From NCBI RefSeq assembly GCF_013004595.1, contig NZ_JABEMC010000004.1:62001-126000 (forward strand): a stretch of 64,000 nt of DNA, given 5' to 3'. The stretch is from Brevibacterium luteolum (GTDB lineage Bacteria > Actinomycetota > Actinomycetes > Actinomycetales > Brevibacteriaceae). Below, piece after piece: positions 59,255 through 64,000 of this stretch (positions are counted from its first letter, which is position 1; each line of letters starts with the position of its first letter). Both the position numbers and the translations under genes were made by a program. A model generated the notes under the pieces. It did not search any database, had not been told where the DNA came from, and was given only the letters and a program-made list of their open reading frames with translations.

Positions 59255-60709
59255 ATGACGACACTGCTGAGCATCCTACCGATCGCCGTCGCCGTGGCCG
59301 TGCTCGTCGCCGGCCGCGGCACGCTCATCGCTGCCCTCAGCGGGGCGGGCGCGGCGCTGCTGAGCGCCCTCATCGCCACCGCGACGCCGGGCATCTCACT
59401 GCACTTCGGTCAGCTGGCCGCCTCCGAGACGCTCGACCTCGTCATCCTCGCTGGCGAGGTGCTGGCCATCTTGCTCTTCGGCATGGTGCTTGCCCAGCTG
59501 CTGGAAGCGATCGGGGCGTTGCAGACGATCTCGGCGCGCATCCGCAGCCTGTTGCCTGACCCGATCGTCGGCGCCGGGCTCATCGTCTTCGGCGTGGTGC
59601 CCTTCGTCGAATCGGTCACCGGCTACGGGATCGGACTGACCGCCGGCATCCCGCTGCTGCGCAGGCTCGGCTTCTCGATCCGCACCTCGGCATTCCTCGG
59701 ACTCCTCGGCCTCATCGCCGTGCCCTGGGGTGCCCTCGGGCCGGGCACGGCGGTCGCCGCACAGCTGACCGGGCTCGGTCTGCAGGAGCTCGGCGTCGGC
59801 TCGGCCTGGGCGAACGCCCTGCCGGTCGTCATCGTCTTCGCCCTCACCACCGCCATCACGCGCGCCTGGCGCAGCCTGTCGGGCCTCGTGGGACTCATCG
59901 CTGCGGCTGTCTGCCTGTGGGGCGGCATCTTGACAGCGAACATCCTCATCGGCACTCCCCTGGCCGGCGTGCTCGGCTCGCTGCTCGTCATCGCCGTGCT
60001 GCTCACCGGCTGCCTCCTCAGCCGACGCGGCCAGCCGGAACCGGTTCCCGGCCGGCTGGCCCCGGCGCTGCTGCCCTACGCAGTGCTCACCGTCGGCCTG
60101 CTGCTCGCCAGCGGCGCTGCAGCACTGTGGCCGTCCCCGATGACAGCGGTGCTGTCGGCACCGCCGGTGTGGCTGGCGATCGCATGCGCGGTCGCCGCCC
60201 GCATGCTCGCCTCCCGGGCACCCGCCGCCGAGGTGGTGGGCACCGCTGCACGGGCGTGGATCCCGGTCGGGGTGGCCACCGCCGGGTTCATGCTGCTGGG
60301 CTGGCTCATGACCGACACCGGCATGACCGAAGTCATCGGTGCCGGCCTGGCGAGGATCGGCATCGGCTTCGCCCCAGCGCTCACGGCGCTCGGCTCGGTG
60401 CTGACCGGGTCGAATACAGGTTCGAACGCGATGTTCGCCTCGACGATCGCGGCGATGGCCGCCACGACCGGCACCGGGCTGCTGCCGGCGGTGGCGATGA
60501 GCAATGTCGCCGGATCCTTCGCCGCACTGGCCACCCCGCCGCGTGTGGCGCTGGCCCTCAGCCTGGCCGCCACGACCGCCGATGACGACGGTTCAGCGGC
60601 TCCAGACAGTGCGGAGAAGGCTCAGCTGGAGCGCAGCGTGCTCATCTGGTCACTGCTGACCGCCTTCGGCACGGCAGCGCTCGTCGGTGTGGTGCTGCAG
60701 GTTCTGTGA
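59255..60709 (+). CDS. L-lactate permease (LctP)-like membrane transporter
   Basis: Many TMs with FVESVTGYG, VPWGALG and LTGSNTGSNAMF, resembling LctP family motifs. Confidence 0.72.
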   Translation: MTTLLSILPIAVAVAVLVAGRGTLIAALSGAGAALLSALIATATPGISLHFGQLAASETLDLVILAGEVLAILLFGMVLAQLLEAIGALQTISARIRSLLPDPIVGAGLIVFGVVPFVESVTGYGIGLTAGIPLLRRLGFSIRTSAFLGLLGLIAVPWGALGPGTAVAAQLTGLGLQELGVGSAWANALPVVIVFALTTAITRAWRSLSGLVGLIAAAVCLWGGILTANILIGTPLAGVLGSLLVIAVLLTGCLLSRRGQPEPVPGRLAPALLPYAVLTVGLLLASGAAALWPSPMTAVLSAPPVWLAIACAVAARMLASRAPAAEVVGTAARAWIPVGVATAGFMLLGWLMTDTGMTEVIGAGLARIGIGFAPALTALGSVLTGSNTGSNAMFASTIAAMAATTGTGLLPAVAMSNVAGSFAALATPPRVALALSLAATTADDDGSAAPDSAEKAQLERSVLIWSLLTAFGTAALVGVVLQVL

Positions 60710-60711
60710 GC

Positions 60712-62025
60712 TCAGCTGCGGGAGAGCTGCACCTCGATGGCGCGGCCGAGCCGGGCGATGCCCTCGTGGATGCGCTCGACGGTCGAGGAGGCGAAGCACA
60801 GGCGCATCGCGTTGGAGAACTCACCTGCCGGTGAGAACGCCTCACCGGGGATGAACGCAACACCCTCGTCCAGAGCGGTCTCGAACAGCTCGCGGGCGTC
60901 GATGTCGGCGGCATCGCCGATCAGCGTCGCCCATAGGAAGAATCCGCCGTCGGGGTTGGTCAGCTCCACCCGGCCGGACAGGTGTTCGGCGGCGGCTTCG
61001 AGCATCGCGTCCTTGCGCCGGTGGTAGGCGGTGCGCAGCCTGTCGAGATGCTCGGTGAACCCGCCGCGGGTGAGGTAGTGGGCCACAAGCTGCTGGCTGG
61101 GCACCGCGGCCGAGGCGTCCATCGCCTGGCGGACGTTGATGAGCAGCTGGCGGATCGCCGGGTCGACCTCGACCCAGCCGACGCGCAGGCCCGGGGCGAT
61201 GATCTTGGAGAACGACCGGGCAGAGAACACCAGCGGGTCATCCGGGCTGAGTTCGGCGAAGCTGGGGATGTACTCGCCGGAGAAGCGCAGCGAACCGTAC
61301 GGGTCGTCGTCGATGATGACGCTGTTCCACTCGTGGGCGAGTTCTAGCAGTCGCTGGCGGCGTGCCAGGCTCATGGTCACACCCGAGGGGTTCTGGAAGT
61401 TCGGGATGACGTAGATCGCCGTCGGCTTCCGGCCGAGGGTCTCGACGTCGCGGGCGAGGCGCTCGACGTCCATGCCGTCGTCGTCGACGGGGATCTGCAG
61501 CACCTCGGCGCCGTAGCTCAGCGCGGTCGAGGTGCCGTTGGTGTAGGTCGGGGATTCGACGGCGACGAGGTCTCCGTCGTTGACGAACATCTTGTAGGCC
61601 AGGTCGAGGCCCTGCATGCCGCCGCTGGTGACGATGATGCGGTTGGGATCAACGGTGCGCGGGCCGGTGAGGTCCTCGGATTCGCAGATCGCGTTGATGA
61701 GCTCGGTCTCGCCTTCGGTCGGGCCGTAGGTGTAGGAGCTCGGGTTCGTCATCGTCCCGAGGAACTCGGCGAAGTCGGCAGCCGGGACGACCTGTTCAGC
61801 CGGTGCGCCCATGCCGAAGCGGACGATGTCATTGGTCCGAGAGGCCAGCAGGGAGACCGATGCATCGATGACCGATCCGGTCCAGCCGCGGGTGCGGCGG
61901 GCCAGCGGCAGCGTCACGTCACCGAGCTGTTTGACCGCAGCAGTCGGGTCGACAGCCGCGTCGGCGGTGGTGGTGACAACCGGGGTTGCCGGTGCCTGGG
62001 TCATCATGTGCGATGCGGGAGTCAT
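60712..62025 (-). CDS. PLP-dependent aminotransferase class I/II (LysN/Aro8-like, no HTH)
   Basis: TSGGMQGL, ESPTY, PNFQNPSG, DDDPYG, SFSKIIAPGLRVGW (PLP lysine), GGFFLW, RLCF. Confidence 0.92.
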   Translation of the reverse strand: MTPASHMMTQAPATPVVTTTADAAVDPTAAVKQLGDVTLPLARRTRGWTGSVIDASVSLLASRTNDIVRFGMGAPAEQVVPAADFAEFLGTMTNPSSYTYGPTEGETELINAICESEDLTGPRTVDPNRIIVTSGGMQGLDLAYKMFVNDGDLVAVESPTYTNGTSTALSYGAEVLQIPVDDDGMDVERLARDVETLGRKPTAIYVIPNFQNPSGVTMSLARRQRLLELAHEWNSVIIDDDPYGSLRFSGEYIPSFAELSPDDPLVFSARSFSKIIAPGLRVGWVEVDPAIRQLLINVRQAMDASAAVPSQQLVAHYLTRGGFTEHLDRLRTAYHRRKDAMLEAAAEHLSGRVELTNPDGGFFLWATLIGDAADIDARELFETALDEGVAFIPGEAFSPAGEFSNAMRLCFASSTVERIHEGIARLGRAIEVQLSRS

Positions 62026-62157
62026 CAGTGCTCACTTCCGTCTCGGGGTCCGGTGCGGCGCCGACAACGCTGTCTGGCGCGGGGTTCGAGCAGTGCATCC
62101 GGGCCGAAGCCGGGGATACGTCTCAGCAGGGGGATGCGTCTGTCGGATGACAGCCTA
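62026..62157 (-). ncRNA. Candidate structured cis-regulatory 5' leader (riboswitch-like, unassigned)
   Basis: TAGGCT -10, long-range P1 pairing, cUUCGg hairpin and an alternative hairpin that excludes P1 (see findings). Confidence 0.45.
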
Positions 62158-62159
62158 TC

Positions 62160-63413
62160 TCAGATTTCGGCCTCTGCAGCGGAGTACGCGCGTGTGCCGG
62201 AGCGCACCACCAGCACGGCGATGAGGGTGGTGGCCGGGATCGCGATGACCAGGCCGATCGAGGTCACCAGGGTGGAGACGACGGAGATCGCCTGTTCGCC
62301 AAGCGTGAGTGATTCGAGGAACGGCCGGGAGGAGGCGGCGACGAGCAGCAGCACGGTCAGCGCACCTCCGGCGTAGGCGAAGGCGATGGTGTACACGGTG
62401 GAGGCGATGTGGTCGCGGCCGATGCGCATCGCCGAGGTGAAGATTTCCCGTTTGGACGCCTCGGGACGGGAGGCGGCCAGCTCCCACACGGCGGCCGCCT
62501 GGGTGATGGTGACATCGTTGAGCACGCCGAGGCCGGCGATGAGGATCGCACAGACGACGAGGTCGGCCATCGACAGCCCGTCGGTCCAGGCGAGAATGTA
62601 GGTCTCTTCGGTGTAGATGCCGGCCAACTTCGACCAGGTCGTCCACAGCGCGCCGAGCACACCGGTGATGAGGATGCCGAACAGGGTCCCGAGCAGCGCA
62701 GTCGTGGTGCGGGCTGAGAACCCGTGAGCCAGGTACAGGACGATGAACATGATGACCGCAGCGGCGGTGATGCCGACGAGCACGGCCGGTTTGCCGTCCA
62801 TCACTGCCGGGAGCATGAACCACACCATGACGGCGTAGGCCAATGCCAGGCCGATGAGCGCGCGCAGCCCTTTGAGTCCGGCGACGAGCATGACGAGGGC
62901 GGCGTAGACAAAGGCGAGGACGCCGAGGGAGATGTTGCGGTCGAAGTCGACGAAGACGAAGTCGGCGGAGGTCGGCTCGTTGGTCGGGTCGCTGCCGGGT
63001 GCCTGCTCACCGGATGGCTGCCCGCCGCCGGTGATCGCATCGGCGACCGAGTCGGTCTGCGCATCGTCCATGACGATGACTTTGATCCGGTCGCCTGCTG
63101 CGATGCCGGTCTTGATCGCCTCGGGCGGGGCGTACATCGTGCCGGTGCGCTCCCCCGTATTGAGCGTGATCGCCCCGCAGCCGGTGGATTCGTAGTCCGG
63201 GCAGGCGCGCAGGTCGATCGATTCGACCGTGCCCGAGGTGAATTCGGCACCGTCGGCCAGGGCCGCCGGATCCCACCGGTCGGTGGCCTCAGACGAGGGC
63301 CAAAGCCACACGAGCCCCACGACAGACAGGACGGCCAGCGGGATGAGCATCCCGAGCATGACCGACCAGGCCTGTCGTGAGGCGCGCGGCAGTGTTTCTG
63401 CGATGTAGTGCAT
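62160..63413 (-). CDS. YibE/F family membrane protein
   Basis: FVDFDR, GLKGLRAL, LYLAHG, GLGVLNDVTITQAAAVWEL, MRIGRDHIASTVYT, FAYAGG. Confidence 0.9.
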   Translation of the reverse strand: MHYIAETLPRASRQAWSVMLGMLIPLAVLSVVGLVWLWPSSEATDRWDPAALADGAEFTSGTVESIDLRACPDYESTGCGAITLNTGERTGTMYAPPEAIKTGIAAGDRIKVIVMDDAQTDSVADAITGGGQPSGEQAPGSDPTNEPTSADFVFVDFDRNISLGVLAFVYAALVMLVAGLKGLRALIGLALAYAVMVWFMLPAVMDGKPAVLVGITAAAVIMFIVLYLAHGFSARTTTALLGTLFGILITGVLGALWTTWSKLAGIYTEETYILAWTDGLSMADLVVCAILIAGLGVLNDVTITQAAAVWELAASRPEASKREIFTSAMRIGRDHIASTVYTIAFAYAGGALTVLLLVAASSRPFLESLTLGEQAISVVSTLVTSIGLVIAIPATTLIAVLVVRSGTRAYSAAEAEI

Positions 63414-63460
63414 AGCGGTGCGGTGTCAGTGTCCTGACCCCGCGGATCTGAGGCCGGGCC

Positions 63461-64000
63461 TCAGATGCCCAGTTCGTCAGCGACGTAGGAGACGACCTCG
63501 TCGATGGCGATGCGATCCTGGCTCATGTCGTCGCGGCGGCGGACGGTCACCGCGTTGTCATCGAGGGTGTCGAAGTCGACGGTGATGCAGAGCGGGGTGC
63601 CGATCTCGTCCTGACGGCGGTAGCGGCGGCCGATCGCACCGGCATCATCGAAGTCGACGTTCCAGCGCTTGCGCAGGTTCGCTGCCAGCTCGCGGGCCTT
63701 CGGCGAGAGCTTCTCATTGCGGCTCAGCGGCAGCACGGCGACCTTGACCGGGGCCAGGCGCGGGTCGAGCTTGAGCACGATGCGCTTGTCGACTCCGCCC
63801 TTGGTGTTCGGTGCCTCGTCTTCGGTGTAGGCGTCGACGAGGAAGGCCATCATCGACCGGGTCAGGCCGAAGGACGGCTCGATGACATACGGGGTGTAGC
63901 GGGTGCCGGCAGCCTGGTCGAAGTACTGCATCTTGTGACCGGAGTGCTCGGTGTGGTTCGACAGGTCGAAGTCGGTGCGGTTGGCGATGCCCATGAGCTC
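63461..64000 (-). CDS. glyQS: Glycine--tRNA ligase (alpha2 type), C-terminal part (runs off window end)
   Basis: [44 protein letters not shown]. Confidence 0.96.
   Translation of the reverse strand, partial: ELMGIANRTDFDLSNHTEHSGHKMQYFDQAAGTRYTPYVIEPSFGLTRSMMAFLVDAYTEDEAPNTKGGVDKRIVLKLDPRLAPVKVAVLPLSRNEKLSPKARELAANLRKRWNVDFDDAGAIGRRYRRQDEIGTPLCITVDFDTLDDNAVTVRRRDDMSQDRIAIDEVVSYVADELGI

Noticed and set aside
60712..62025. MocR/GabR transcription factor
   Set aside because: No N-terminal winged HTH; length and sequence fit a stand-alone aminotransferase.
62026..62157. TPP riboswitch assignment (contains GCTGAGA and GAACC)
   Set aside because: Lacks the CCTGAT..GG.TAAT.CC.GCG.AGG half of the TPP aptamer, and the downstream gene is not thiamine-related; kept as unassigned.

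Overview
High-GC actinobacterial chromosomal segment; gene content and order suggest Micrococcales, e.g. Brevibacterium-like (inference). It is mostly core genome, mainly on the minus strand. Main blocks: secD(partial)-yajC-ruvBAC-yebC-NUDIX-S9 peptidase-HIT-thrS; a Gly-Cys-Val-Val tRNA cluster; ppk2(III)-zapE-era-CBS protein-ybeY-phoH-rsmE-dnaJ-hrcA with a CIRCE operator; hemW-lepA; a PemK-like gene; rpsT; holA-comEC-comEA-degV-ugd; nadE-leuS; fadD; ppk2(I); yihY-mpg-fructosamine kinase; an MhuD-like gene; long-form GAPDH-glpK; a TetR/MFS/2-hydroxyacid dehydrogenase module; dnaG-dgt-dusB; an accessory transporter/aminotransferase block; and partial glyQS. I see no mobile elements, CRISPR arrays, rRNA or obvious pseudogenes. 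The most notable unexplained signal is a ~120-nt structured 5' leader (62026-62157) with mutually exclusive pairings upstream of a PLP aminotransferase, a riboswitch-like candidate that I cannot match to a known family. Other notable items: an MhuD homologue with Ala at the Arg26 position, two tRNA-Val genes differing by 2 nt, many apparently leaderless genes, a LexA-like box before ruvA, a TetR double operator and a probable CTG start for phoH.
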